Position numbers and translations under genes: made by a program. From Albugo candida (lineage: Eukaryota): a stretch of DNA of 64,000 nt. The notes beneath the pieces were generated by a model, which was not told the DNA's origin, made no database searches, and was given only the letters and a program-made list of their open reading frames with translations. Below, piece by piece: positions 47,571 through 60,545 of this stretch; the stretch's first letter is position 1, and each line of letters begins with the position of its first letter. The stretch is from positions 1-64,000 of the forward strand of contig JBDOQK010000043.1 of NCBI GenBank assembly GCA_040437565.1. Reading direction: 5' to 3'.

Positions 47571-48595
47571 TTACAAATCTTTCTTCCTTAGAAGCGCCTT
47601 ATTCGTAGCGTTCCAATATAGAATCACTTGGAAAACTAATATGCCATTCAAACAAATAGCAACCCCGTATCCAGTCAGTTGCAATAGATCGCCGGTTTCC
47701 TAACCATGTGGCGAATAAGGAAGCGATTTGCTTACAAACACGGTAGGTAATTTACCTGCAAAGTGGTGAATAACCGCGCTAAAGATCCGCCAAAATTCAG
47801 CAACAGAGTCAAGAATGCCAACTGACCGGTATGACCATGCTTGTAATTTGTGTAGACCTACGCACATTTGACCAGTCATCAACATTGATTTAATTACAAA
47901 TTTACTACCTGAGGAGCACGTGCGAATATGGTGATTGGTATTGCCGCCGACGGAAGAATCCATTGGTACTGGGACGGTAAATGGTACATGCAAAAAGCTA
48001 GCCCTCCCAATAGCATACTGAGCACGCTGCGCTTTGTGATTGAAATTCGTGGAACATGAAAAGTGAATATCAATAGCACCAGCAACAAGTTTTGGACGAG
48101 AATAACCAGATTTTCACCCCACGTACTGACTGGATACTCACGCAATATATTATAAATGGTTCCAGATAGATATAGAATGACCTCAAGATAAAATGATGCA
48201 GGTGTTAATCCGGTAACATCCTGAGCTGCAAGGATTTTAACAATTTGAGGCAACTAACTCAACAAATGTGATGAAATATCTCAGAGGGTGCATTAAGACC
48301 TTACCTTGAGTATCAAACTTCCTCCAATGATTGCGAAACCGAGTAATTTACTGATGAGAAGTTTGAGGCAGCCAATATGAAAAAAGTTATGCTCCAGAAG
48401 AAACGTTGTATAACACTCAGGAGTCAGCATAGTAAGCATAAAATCACTTTCGGTCGCATTTGTGAATTTTCTTTGTTGGGGTACAGACTCTGCACTATCG
48501 GCACCGTTGGCACTTGACATAAGTAAGGTGAAAAGAAGCAACATTGCAACGTGATTCTTAAGGTGCATTTTCACTCCGCTTGTGGAGTGGTGCAT
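47571..48595 (-). CDS. MPDU1: Mannose-P-dolichol utilization defect 1 (PQ-loop) protein, 4 exons
   Basis: [38 protein letters not shown], second motif ARAPQ, ending ILYWN...KKDL*. The copy at ~45867-46873 is a gap-flanking artefact. Confidence 0.92.
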
Positions 48596-48857
48596 TCGAG
48601 TATCCAGAATGGCACCCTGTGTGGGTTTCCACCAATCAAGAATTAAGATTTAAATCAACGAATCTGAGAGGTTCTGATGAGGTTTAAGAGGTCGACATAA
48701 CAAAAAAGTAGCGATGTAATATGGAGGTATATAGACATCATTTGGTTCTTCAAAGTAAAGTATAAATGCATTGAATGTAGTATAGGTTCCAATCGAAAAC
48801 ATCAGATTCTATTGGCTAATCAAGTACCAAATTTCAACCAATCTATAACAAGAAAAT

Positions 48858-49198
48858 ATGGTGTGGAATCGATTGCGGTTTCCGAATATGGCGATTACTT
48901 TCATGGGCAAAAATCCTCGGAACAAATCTCATTCAAATCAATATGTATTTAGAACAGAGCCCAACTATACAAAGCACGATATCAAAGAGTACCTCACCAA
49001 AGTGTACAATTTACCAGTCATCAAAGTCGCGACCATGAACTACGAAGGTACAAAGCTTATGGTACTCTACAAGCCTCCACTTCATGTCTTGTCGTAGGTA
49101 AATTCAAGCGAGCTTTTGGAGGGCGGTATGTGTACAAAGAAAAAAACTGGAAGAAGGCGATCGTGACGATCAAAGAATCGAGTAATGTATCACTATAG
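48858..49198 (+). CDS. MRPL23: Mitochondrial ribosomal protein uL23m, 2 exons
   Basis: VFRTEPNYTKHDIKEYLTKVYNLPVIKVATMNYEG|KFKR..NWKKAIVT. Confidence 0.9.
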
Positions 49199-49321
49199 TA
49201 ATTTCAGCAATTATGTTGCTGCAATTTGCAATATCTTACAATGTGATAGACTAAGAATGGATTTTGATGCAAACACTAAGTCGGCAATTTGAATTGTGAT
49301 TCTTTTTATTCCTGACAAGAT

Positions 49322-49869
49322 CTAATCTTGCTCGCTAACATCCTCGAAATTGTCGACGAGATCGGGTACATCGTCATCATCTTCTTCCTCGATCGTAGCG
49401 TGTTTTTGCTGACTTTTTTGGGCCGTGTTAAACGATTCCGCGATTTGTTTCAAGTTGGCGAGATTATCAGGTCCCAATTGATTAATGATTCCTGGTAAGA
49501 GCTCCTGCAGCGTCTTCGTCTGACTGTGACCGCAGATTGCATACGTGTTGGACGCAATTGAAGCTTTGACTTTGGGACTGGCGAAATGGATCACTTGTCC
49601 GTCCATTTTAAATAAATTCACTTCTTCCACGCCGGGAATATTGGTCACACCTAGTTTTTTCAAAGTTGCATCCAACTTTTTATCATCCGTCGTATTATTT
49701 TTGTGAGCTGCTTTTTTCTTCCGACGAACGGATCCTTTGCCACCAGTTCGAACCTATCAAAAGAATTGGTCGTGTGAAATTGAGTACGATTATTACACAA
49801 ATAGCATTCACGTGCCTCGCCGAATTTGGCCGCTAATCGTTGCCGAGCAATTGCGATTTCGTCTTCCAT
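49322..49869 (-). CDS. BTF3: Nascent polypeptide-associated complex beta subunit
   Basis: VRTGGKGSVRRKKK, LKKLGVTNIPGVEEVNLF, LPGIINQLG, DDVPDLVDNFE. Intron 49754-49815. Confidence 0.95.
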
Positions 49870-50109
49870 CTAGTAGATCATAATAAGTTCAAACATCAAA
49901 AATAGCGTTGCAATCGCGTGAGAAACCTGAATTCTCGATACTTTTTAATCACACAAAAAGCGCCGGCCGACAGCTCCAATGACTCAGTCTAGACCCTTTT
50001 TGAATGTTACATTAGTAGCCCCTATCACCCGCACTTAAGAAAAGCCCTGGGAGCCAATGATATTTTACTCGTAATACTCTTTATTCTCTCAATTTGAACT
50101 TGATTCAAA

Positions 50110-51270
50110 CTATTCTTGTTTTTTAGTCTTACTTTTCTTTTGTTTTTTACCAGTCATTGGTTCCTCTGTGTCGCTGTCGTAAGATGATTGGCCAATCTGA
50201 TAGTCCGGGTAACATTCCTCATACTGTTCTGCCGCACTCATTTCGGCATCGTTACGTTGACGTTTATTTTGCGCTTTGATCACATTCACCAAGCTTTCTC
50301 TCCATGCCAACTCTCCCTCTATCTCTTCTTCATGTTCCTTCTCGGCTGCAGCAGTGATAGAAGCACTCAAATTTGAAAAATAGTTCCCGGAGCCGTCGCC
50401 ATCCTTAACCTCTTTTTGAAATAAACTAGGAAAGGCATTGGAGTCCCTCCGATCAACTGGAATGTACTCACCAATATTCGGGAAGATATCCTCATCGTCT
50501 TGTTCACTCAACGACACCGTTTCCTTCGGATTCGCATGCAAAGAATCATCTTGGGTATCTATTGGCGGCGGATTTGAAACAATTCTATTCTTTTTGATGT
50601 TGCGGTGATTCCGGATAGCCTCGCCAACTTGTTCCATAATTGTATCGGACACAAATCCACTCAGATACGTCTCACGTTCACACGCTTCGGTGCTCTTACG
50701 CACGATCGTAGGAGTGCTCTCATAGGCTTTCGAAGTGACTTCAAATTTGTACGACATCCTTCCGGGTCGGAAATCATGACTGCATTCTTCATCATGCAAA
50801 TACGCTTGCTCTAGCGCGTGAAAGAGAATAAGTTTTCCAGCAGGCGAGTGAATGGTGAGATCTGATTTGTTATTAACCGCCTGTGCTTCTTTGGCCTCTT
50901 TTAAAGCTTTCTTTATTTTTTGCAGCGTACTTTGCACATCAATTTCCTTTTCGCGAGTCTCTTGAACACGCTCCGTCACTAAATCCGGAATAAAGGAATC
51001 GCCTGCGTCAGAGTGCTTGCTTAAATCGGTCTCACGCGGTACCCTTTGGCGACGTTCAGCGGCACGATCGCGGTATTTGGTGCTGGGCTCTTCGGATACC
51101 CTTGAGGTGGCGCTTTTTTTCAATGTGCGCTTCTCGCTGGCCCGCTTTAGCTTCGTTTTGAGCCAACGCTTCTCTTTTTTTATCTGCTTATCAATTTCTT
51201 TAACCTCTTTCAAATCGCTTTCCGTCAATGCGCGTGCACCTCCAAACGTTCGGACAGAGTCATTCTCCAT
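50110..51270 (-). CDS. IK: RED/IK-like spliceosomal protein
   Basis: KYRDRAAERR, FRPGRMSYKF..PTIVRKS, DEDIFPNIGEY, YEECYP. Confidence 0.75.
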   Translation of the reverse strand: MENDSVRTFGGARALTESDLKEVKEIDKQIKKEKRWLKTKLKRASEKRTLKKSATSRVSEEPSTKYRDRAAERRQRVPRETDLSKHSDAGDSFIPDLVTERVQETREKEIDVQSTLQKIKKALKEAKEAQAVNNKSDLTIHSPAGKLILFHALEQAYLHDEECSHDFRPGRMSYKFEVTSKAYESTPTIVRKSTEACERETYLSGFVSDTIMEQVGEAIRNHRNIKKNRIVSNPPPIDTQDDSLHANPKETVSLSEQDDEDIFPNIGEYIPVDRRDSNAFPSLFQKEVKDGDGSGNYFSNLSASITAAAEKEHEEEIEGELAWRESLVNVIKAQNKRQRNDAEMSAAEQYEECYPDYQIGQSSYDSDTEEPMTGKKQKKSKTKKQE

Positions 51271-51401
51271 GACAGGAGTGCTAGAATTGTTAATAACAGA
51301 AACTTTGAGGCTAAAATGGAAATTAAAAACGGGAAGGATAGTTTATTTGGAAACACGTCAGCACTCACGCCCGCTTTATTGTACTTGAAGCTGCGTGGAC
51401 A

Positions 51402-51875
51402 TTAGAATCCTAATCCAGTAAGCCATTGTCGAAGATCAAGCAGATGATCTCCTACGACTTCCAGTCTTCCCGGACGCGCGAGGACGGTTTTACCGCCACA
51501 AACTTTCGACATCTCCGCCTGCAGTTCTCCTTCGTGACCATCGTATCGACGTAAAATTGTTAGAACACGCGTTCGTCCATTGCGATAGTCACGGTATACT
51601 GGTAGTTGCAATCCTTTAGCTGTCCGCTTTACGCTGAATGGAAGTCCAGGCAATGGGCTCTCGGGCGCTGGCGACCAACCATTGAAACTGACTTTTTCAG
51701 GAATGTATGTCGGCTCATACTTTAACGACGGAACTTCCTGTTCCGCTTTTGGACACGTCCGTTCGATGAATCGCATAAATGCAGGATGACGTGTCTTACG
51801 CCGAATTTGGCGATTGCTGTGCACTCGTTGAGCATGCGTAGAGAGTATGACCGCCTTCCGCAGCAAGTCCAACAT
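51402..51875 (-). CDS. MRPL49: Mitochondrial ribosomal protein mL49 (Img2)
   Basis: LPFSVKRT...LPVYRDYRNGRTRVLTILRR..G...WLTGLGF*, with a basic presequence-like N-terminus. Confidence 0.9.
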   Translation of the reverse strand: MLDLLRKAVILSTHAQRVHSNRQIRRKTRHPAFMRFIERTCPKAEQEVPSLKYEPTYIPEKVSFNGWSPAPESPLPGLPFSVKRTAKGLQLPVYRDYRNGRTRVLTILRRYDGHEGELQAEMSKVCGGKTVLARPGRLEVVGDHLLDLRQWLTGLGF

Positions 51876-52042
51876 AACTGTTCATATACTGTCAATTTTT
51901 ATTTNNNNNNNNNNNNNNNNNNNNNNNNNNNNNNNNNNNNNNNNNNNNNNNNNNNNNNNNNNNNNNNNNNNNNNNNNNNNNNNNNNNNNNNNNNNNNNNN
52001 NNNNCCTTCCGCAGCAAGTCCAACATAACTGTTCATATACTG

Positions 52043-53706
<1,664 letters not shown>

Positions 53707-54141
53707 TTTGTTCGATGCAATATAATCAATATTGATTGGGCGAAAAAAGGCCAATTGGATGGAGGTGAAGACTACGATTAGCTCTGTAATTAAACCCGAG
53801 CTTAAGTTATAAAGCTGTCACACAACGTATAAGCCATCTCCATCAATTGGGACGTCGGACAACTTTCGTTGTGATATATTTGATGCTCAAAAGCTGAAAT
53901 GGCTCAATGGCTCTGCACGTCGAGTACCATCTCACTTTTACGACAGAAATTCGCAATGATTGCTGCACAAGCTGTATCCCATTGACCTCCAAAGTTGGGA
54001 TGCGGGATGTTGCATATTTAAGTGTGCAGATAGTGTGTGGATTAAAGAATAGTCATTTGATCTGATTAATGTTTATCATTATATATCTTGACATCTAAAA
54101 AAAGGTCGTAGTGTTAGATGAGCTTTCTATATCCTGGTCTT

Positions 54142-55032
54142 TTATTCAACGGAATGAAGTTCAAACTTCAACGGTTTAGGGGGCAGATAATTATATTCCG
54201 GCTCTGAAAGCAAGGGAAAGCGGTCACCGCATGCATCATTACAATCGAAATTCTTTGGACGCAACACGTTGACCCATAGGCAGTTCGTCTTCGCATCAGA
54301 GTAAAAAACCTCACAGTACTTGAATATACACTTGGCACATTCAATGGAACCATCGTACTGAGCACGGACGACTTGGGCTGCTTGAGTGGTAAGAACCTGA
54401 GTATTTTTGAGCGGCTCTATAAAATTTTTTTGCTCACTTGCAGGGCGGAGCATCACCAAAGTACATGATTTTTCTGGTATTTGTACACACTCCGAGTGAA
54501 TTGAAGATATCTCTACGATCGATTTCGAGACTTTGAAAATAGTGGATAAAGAGGCCGAGTGCTTCTCGTGTCCGTCGAGTTTAGAGCACTTGATGCACTC
54601 ATCACGTTTATCTTGTTTGTAAGTGATGATGACGATCTTTTCTGATTCTGGATACTCCTGATTGGTATCAGCTTGCACCAGTTGTTTGCCATAGTCCAGT
54701 GAAGTCCTGAAAATGACTTGATCACCTAATTTTGAGGGTTGGCTTATTTTTAGTGCACAATTTGGTATATTTGATACATCACTGGAAAAATCCATTAAGT
54801 GTCTAGAAATCTGAACAATGACGCTCGCTGTGTTTTGGACAACCTGAATTGGCTGTAATCTTCTGACACCAGCGTCGATAATAGCATCATAGCAGGTATG
54901 GAGCTCACCATTCGCCGTTATGTAGATCTCGTACGTATTGTATGTTCCACACTGCACGAAATGCAGCCGACACCAAAGCCATGCGCTAAGTTGCGTAGTC
55001 ACAAAATACCATGTTCGTAGTCTCGCCACCAT
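54142..55032 (-). CDS. Putative secreted Cys-rich effector, CCG/CHxC-like
   Basis: 296-aa intronless ORF with a signal-peptide-like N-terminus and three spaced motifs: LHTCYDAIIDAG, ECIKCSKLDG and ECAKCIFKY. Paralog at 63636+. Confidence 0.6.
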   Translation of the reverse strand: MVARLRTWYFVTTQLSAWLWCRLHFVQCGTYNTYEIYITANGELHTCYDAIIDAGVRRLQPIQVVQNTASVIVQISRHLMDFSSDVSNIPNCALKISQPSKLGDQVIFRTSLDYGKQLVQADTNQEYPESEKIVIITYKQDKRDECIKCSKLDGHEKHSASLSTIFKVSKSIVEISSIHSECVQIPEKSCTLVMLRPASEQKNFIEPLKNTQVLTTQAAQVVRAQYDGSIECAKCIFKYCEVFYSDAKTNCLWVNVLRPKNFDCNDACGDRFPLLSEPEYNYLPPKPLKFELHSVE

Positions 55033-56769
55033 TAGTGTTTCTTAGATGCGCTTTACAAGGTCAATTCCAAAATGGCTTGATAAAGAGACAGAAGAATGTA
55101 GATACGTATCTGATCCGACGAAGAAACAACACAACCTCACAGCAAAAACTGGTCTTGTTGCATTTATCGTTGACGTAACTATCTTATCGTTGCATCCTTC
55201 GGTCGATGCGCAACTATAATTTCGCAGAAACCTAAACATTATGTAGCCCCACACGAATCCAAATAAATTATCCGAATTGTTTATGCATTGAAAAACTGAT
55301 CGGATCAGTGTTACCGGGAAAGACGTTCCTGTAAGAGGTGTATTGATCAAATCTATGGATGAGAATTGAAGCACGGCAATATGTTGACAAATTCATTAAG
55401 CTTCATTGCTGGACGTAGAGCACGGATCGAATATACCACTAAGTACGCTAGATTTTCCGACGATAGATGTATCGTATATCGCCGCCTTTGAGCGATAATA
55501 TGCAGTATAATGGGATCAAGGAGAAAGCTTATATAATGGTTTTGCGTTACAGAATTATGTGATGATTGTGTATCGAATATTGGCAACAGTACGGTTGAAT
55601 TGATGCAGCAGATTGTGATTTCGACCGCCTGCTCTTTAGGTGTGAGCAGCATACCTGTAATACGGGTGGATGGATGGCGTACGACGCACCCGAAGATATG
55701 AATAGGTTAGCATCATTTGTCAAACTAAATAATCCACTTGCTCCTTCTATAAGTTGATCTTCCACAACTAAGAATTTGTACTGTTCATCATCTGCGATTC
55801 ATCCATAAAATCCCGCTAGCTGATATGAGTCTACCACCTACGGGTAGACGCATTGCTCTTCATGGAAGCTGAAGTACACCGTCGGACTCAATACGTCCCT
55901 GAACAAGATCACGAGGTCATTCGGTGCGTTTTTGACTCCTACACATGACTCGACAGCATCCGTTGATTTTGTACCTGAAATATTGTTTCATCGATATAGT
56001 AGCGTTTCACAAAATCTGTCAGGAGTATTTGTATGAGGATGAAAAGCACCAGGAAATCAAGTGCGAGGATTTTATTTTTTCCATCATGTCCTTACTGTCT
56101 TGAGTACTTCAAATCACGATCATCCAAAAACGATGTCACTGTCTCACTGAATGTAAGCCGCAAGACTTTACATCCGTCCATGGAGGTATCGAGCCGAGTA
56201 TGAGTGCAAAATAAATTATGTAATTGATAAACTACTCGACTACTCACGCAAGAGAGTCCGTCTGATCGGAATGGCGCAGGTTGTTTCCCGGTGGTCTTTA
56301 TGGCAGCAATTGCTTCTTATTAGAAATGTGCCCAATGTTTTTCGTTTATATCCAGTCAATAGCGTGACAATCATGAATCAAATCAACGTTTCATAGAGAG
56401 TAGAGAGAAAAGGTAAACGCAAGGCTTACATGTCAATGTTCTTGCCTGACAAGTCTGACGAGCGAAAGATCTCATGAGGAAGGTGCACAGACTGGCGTCA
56501 AATGCTTAAATTCAAAAAGATTCGGGATGCATTTACCAAAGCGGAACATACATTGAGCGGCTTAGCTCATAGAAAAAGAAAAGGCGTTTTGAAAAACTGA
56601 TTATAGAATCAGTTTGTTGTGGAATGTTCGCTTCTCCGCTAATAATGAATCCTAGCGCGACATATTGATAGGGTGCACCTCGACCACGAAGGTAGATAAC
56701 GCACTGTGTCCACCTCCAATATAAACATGGATGCATGCTCTTAGATGTTTTTTTCGTCCACACTAGATC

Positions 56770-57770
56770 GAAGCCATGGGGCGAAAGCCAGCTCTGACCG
56801 AGTACGAGAAAGGGCAAATTGGCGCCCCTCGGTCGAACAAAGAAACTCTCTGGGCGATTTCTGCGACTCTTGGGCGCATCGTAAACGTCGTCACGCTTAC
56901 TCAAGAAATCCCGATGGCTGTGGAATGGTAAAGAGCCCTGTAAGGAAGCCGAGTCTTGGTGCGCGTGATGAGTGGTGCGTCATCAAGGCCTCAATTAGCG
57001 ATGATTTGTCCGCTGCTGCCATCGCCAACACCGTTAAACCACACGTGAGCAAGAGGACCGATTAGCGCTTGCACCAGAGAGCGCCTCATCTTTTCTACAA
57101 GAAAATGAAGCCCACACCCAAACACACAAAGCGCCACCACATGGCACGGCTTGCATAGGCAAAACAGAAGCTCCAGGATTGCACTGACTGGGACCGAATC
57201 CTTTTTTGAACGAGAAGTGGTTCACGCTGAATGGTCCAGATGGTTGCAAGTATTATTGGCACTACATTCGGCCTGAAAGTTTTAGGACATTTTATAGCCG
57301 TCAAAGTGGAACGGTGGCATCATGGTCTGGGGTTGTTTCTCCGCAAAAGGATTGACGTCCCTGGCTACATTGAGTGATCGCCAGAACTCGTTCGGCTACC
57401 AGGAGACATTAACCAACTGTCTCTAATCTTTCTCAAATCGTGAACATCAAAATGGCTTCGAATTTCAGCAGGAGAACGCAAGTATCCATGCATCTAAATT
57501 GACTAGTGCGTTTCTCAAAGACCTCAACAACAACGTGATTTAGTGGCTTCTCTTTCACCGGACGTAAATCGGAAATAGAATCTCTGGGGAGACATTTGTC
57601 GTGCTGGTTACGGTAACGGGTGCCAGTATCACTCGGTTGACGAGCTTGAAGCTGCAGTCAGGAAAGCGTGATTAGAAATCAGTCAGAACGGCTATATGCG
57701 CTCTTCTAATCGATGAGCGATCGCTGCTTGGAGGTGGTAGAGCTAGAGGGGTTCAAGGCTACCACTAGAA
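56770..57770 (+). mobile_element. Tc1/mariner (Tc3-like) transposase pseudogene
   Basis: GRKPALTEYEKGQI, W....F.NEKWFTLNGPDG..YYW, GGIMVWGCFS, FQQENASIH and a degenerate SPD.N. Stops and frameshifts throughout; TIRs not identified. Confidence 0.85.
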
Positions 57771-58867
57771 GAACCCTTAAAGCTTCAACGCACTTTTCAA
57801 AGTCGAGGAACGCGCAATAGAACAGGTGTTCTTTGTCGTTTGACACGGCCTATTTCCAATTTCTTGCTGATAAGTACGGATTGAAAACTCCGATTCCGAC
57901 TTTGCGTGAAGATTCGGAACCGACGTGCTCATTTCGATTTTAATGGATGAAAACTGCAGCTATCCTAATCTTCTTCATATCTCCTTGAAAAACACGTGTC
58001 CCCATCTATATGGCGCGGAGTGTATATGATAGAGAGAAGCGACGGTCCTGGCCACAAGTGTAGTACAGTATTTGAGCAAAATAGGAAGTTTCATCCTCAA
58101 CAGAGAGCCTACTGGTCTCTATCTCTCGATCATGATTCACGAAATATCCCAGCTTTGACTAATCATGCCAACATATTTCGCTCGTGACACAAATATGGTG
58201 TACTGAGCACGGAATTACATGCGGCCGCATAAAAGAACGTGCTTAAGGCAACCATGTTAATGATAAAAAAAATCGATCTTGGCAGACGTTGCCTCAGATT
58301 AAGATAGACGGGGTGATGTCCCCAAAATATTTCTGCTTCTTATAAGCGCCGTGTTTCTCTCTCTTGGCAAGATCACCACAGAAACGTACTCTAACGCAAG
58401 GGCTGCGACCGTGTCTTGTTATGCGATTTATACATCTTGCACTGAGTCTTCCTCAACCCCTGTGATACTTCAAATCTTCATTATTTTTGGATAGTATTTC
58501 CAGTTCTAAGTAGGCATCGCCATTAGTCAATTTGAAACCTTCACTGAACGCCAATACACACATATTTTCAAGCACGCAATATGATTACTCGAGACATGCT
58601 CAAGTGGAGATGCAGGTCTTACTGCATCCATTTCGCATATCCGATCTGTAAGGCATACACACGAAATTGTAATCACCTTATTTGATATACAAGCAATATT
58701 CTCAAAGTATTGAGATAAGATTCTAATGCACAATTCGTTCGGAGACAACTTGAAACACAATATCTCCTAAATGCGAGAGGCAAAGGGAATGTTTGGATCA
58801 GGAAAACGGAACTCCGTACCAGTCAATTGGATCATGTCCAAACACAAGTTTCCTACACTCCAGATTT

Positions 58868-60483
58868 CTATTTTGAAGTAACATCCACAGCAGACTCGGT
58901 ACGATACGCTTGCGTTTGATCTAATTGCAATTCTTCCTTGCTCTTTTTTAAGACATGCGCCACAAAGGCGTCAAGGCGCGCAACGGGTAGAACAAGGACA
59001 CCCAAATCATCATCAACCTTGCTTGCTGTAGATCGTGCGTCTGTAGCCGATATCTCTTCGTCACGGTCTAATGCGATACAAACGCCAATACGCTTTGCAT
59101 TGGCACTTCAAGCATACAAGCGATTCCTTAATGGTAGTTCCAGCAGTGATCACGAGTCATCGATGATAAGCACGCTACGAGATGAATATATTGAAAACCG
59201 CACTTGGATTTAACCCTCAAAACGTACCGATTTTTGTCTTGCTGGATCTCATCTCCAACCAAAACACCGCCTTCTAAGTAATATTTGACTTTTTTTTTCG
59301 AATGTATACGCACGGAACGTTAGTGCCATGTAACTGACTGCAAGCGATACTCACGAACACCACGAGCGTTATGCCTTTGTATGCCGGTCCAAAGAGCGCA
59401 TCAAATTCGACTTCACTCGCCTTTGATGTTATCATTGGATAAGTAACTAATGTTAGTCGAGGTTGGCTTACGTGAATGCTCTGAGCATGAAGCGTCCCAA
59501 TCAAGCCAAAGCGTTTCCCGTTCCAAACAGATCAGTATCGAAAAAATATGGACTGTGCCTGAACGCCACACTGCAAAGCCAAATCTAGAAGAATGAGAAA
59601 GAGTGCATCTTAGAAGTCGAATTGGATGCCACACGTTTGGAATGAGATGATTTATCCCTTCGTGCAACATTGCTAGCATCTCGGAAACTTTTCGCGGCGG
59701 CCTTTGGATCATTTGCCTGTGCGATTTCACGTTGAATTGAAAGTAAGAGACGTAATTTATCTTGACATATTCCAGCAAAAACAGCTTCTTTCAAATTACT
59801 ACCTTGAGCACCGAACCCTGGTGCTAGAATCCACATTTTTGAGCGATTGCACGTACTCGATTGAGTGTCTATATACAGACTTCAAGCAAGATACAATGTT
59901 GACGCAAGTCGTACTTACCTCACAGTCGGTTGCACCACTAACTAGTCCAACATTATCATTGCCATTTCACGCGCCACATTTACGTGTAACACATTGGTAC
60001 AACAACTCTATTGATGTCACTGAAAGTGTCTGGAAATCACTCGCGCTTTGATTGGACGCTCTACAAAGAACAAACCATCCATGTCACTTCATCTGAACCA
60101 GCGAAGAATAGAGCTGTAGTCCTTATATGCGCCAGCATTATAGCATGCGCCTGGAGCTTCCCGAATGCGCTGACGGCGTACGCTGCTGCCGTGGTGCTTA
60201 TATCGTCATATTTTGCGTCTAAGTGCACTAGATTGTCATTTGGGAACGCACGGATCCCCTTTTCGAGAGCGCGGATGACATCAGCGCCAAGGGCCTGAAT
60301 AAGCGCGAGATTTCATTTGAACATCATAGCAAATTCACTGGTGCTCTGAATGATATTGATGGAGTACCCTTCCGCCAAATAAGCAGTCACCCTCTAGATG
60401 TCACTGACATGAGCATATAATCCTACTCATAGCAGTGAATCGATCGCAATGGCACGCGCACGGACGTGTTCGATAAAGCTCAT
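58868..60483 (-). pseudogene. UMPS: UMPS (OMPDC-OPRT) pseudogene with introns retained
   Basis: Colinear with 52043-53706. TGA replaces Cys in LLCVG (60427-60429), DAKRGD became DAKYDD, ~30 bp of LKFGDFKLK is deleted, and there are frameshifts. Confidence 0.93.
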
Positions 60484-60545
60484 TTCTGCTGAATGCTATA
60501 CAATCAATATTCATTGGCACAAAATAATCCAAGCAAATAAAATTT

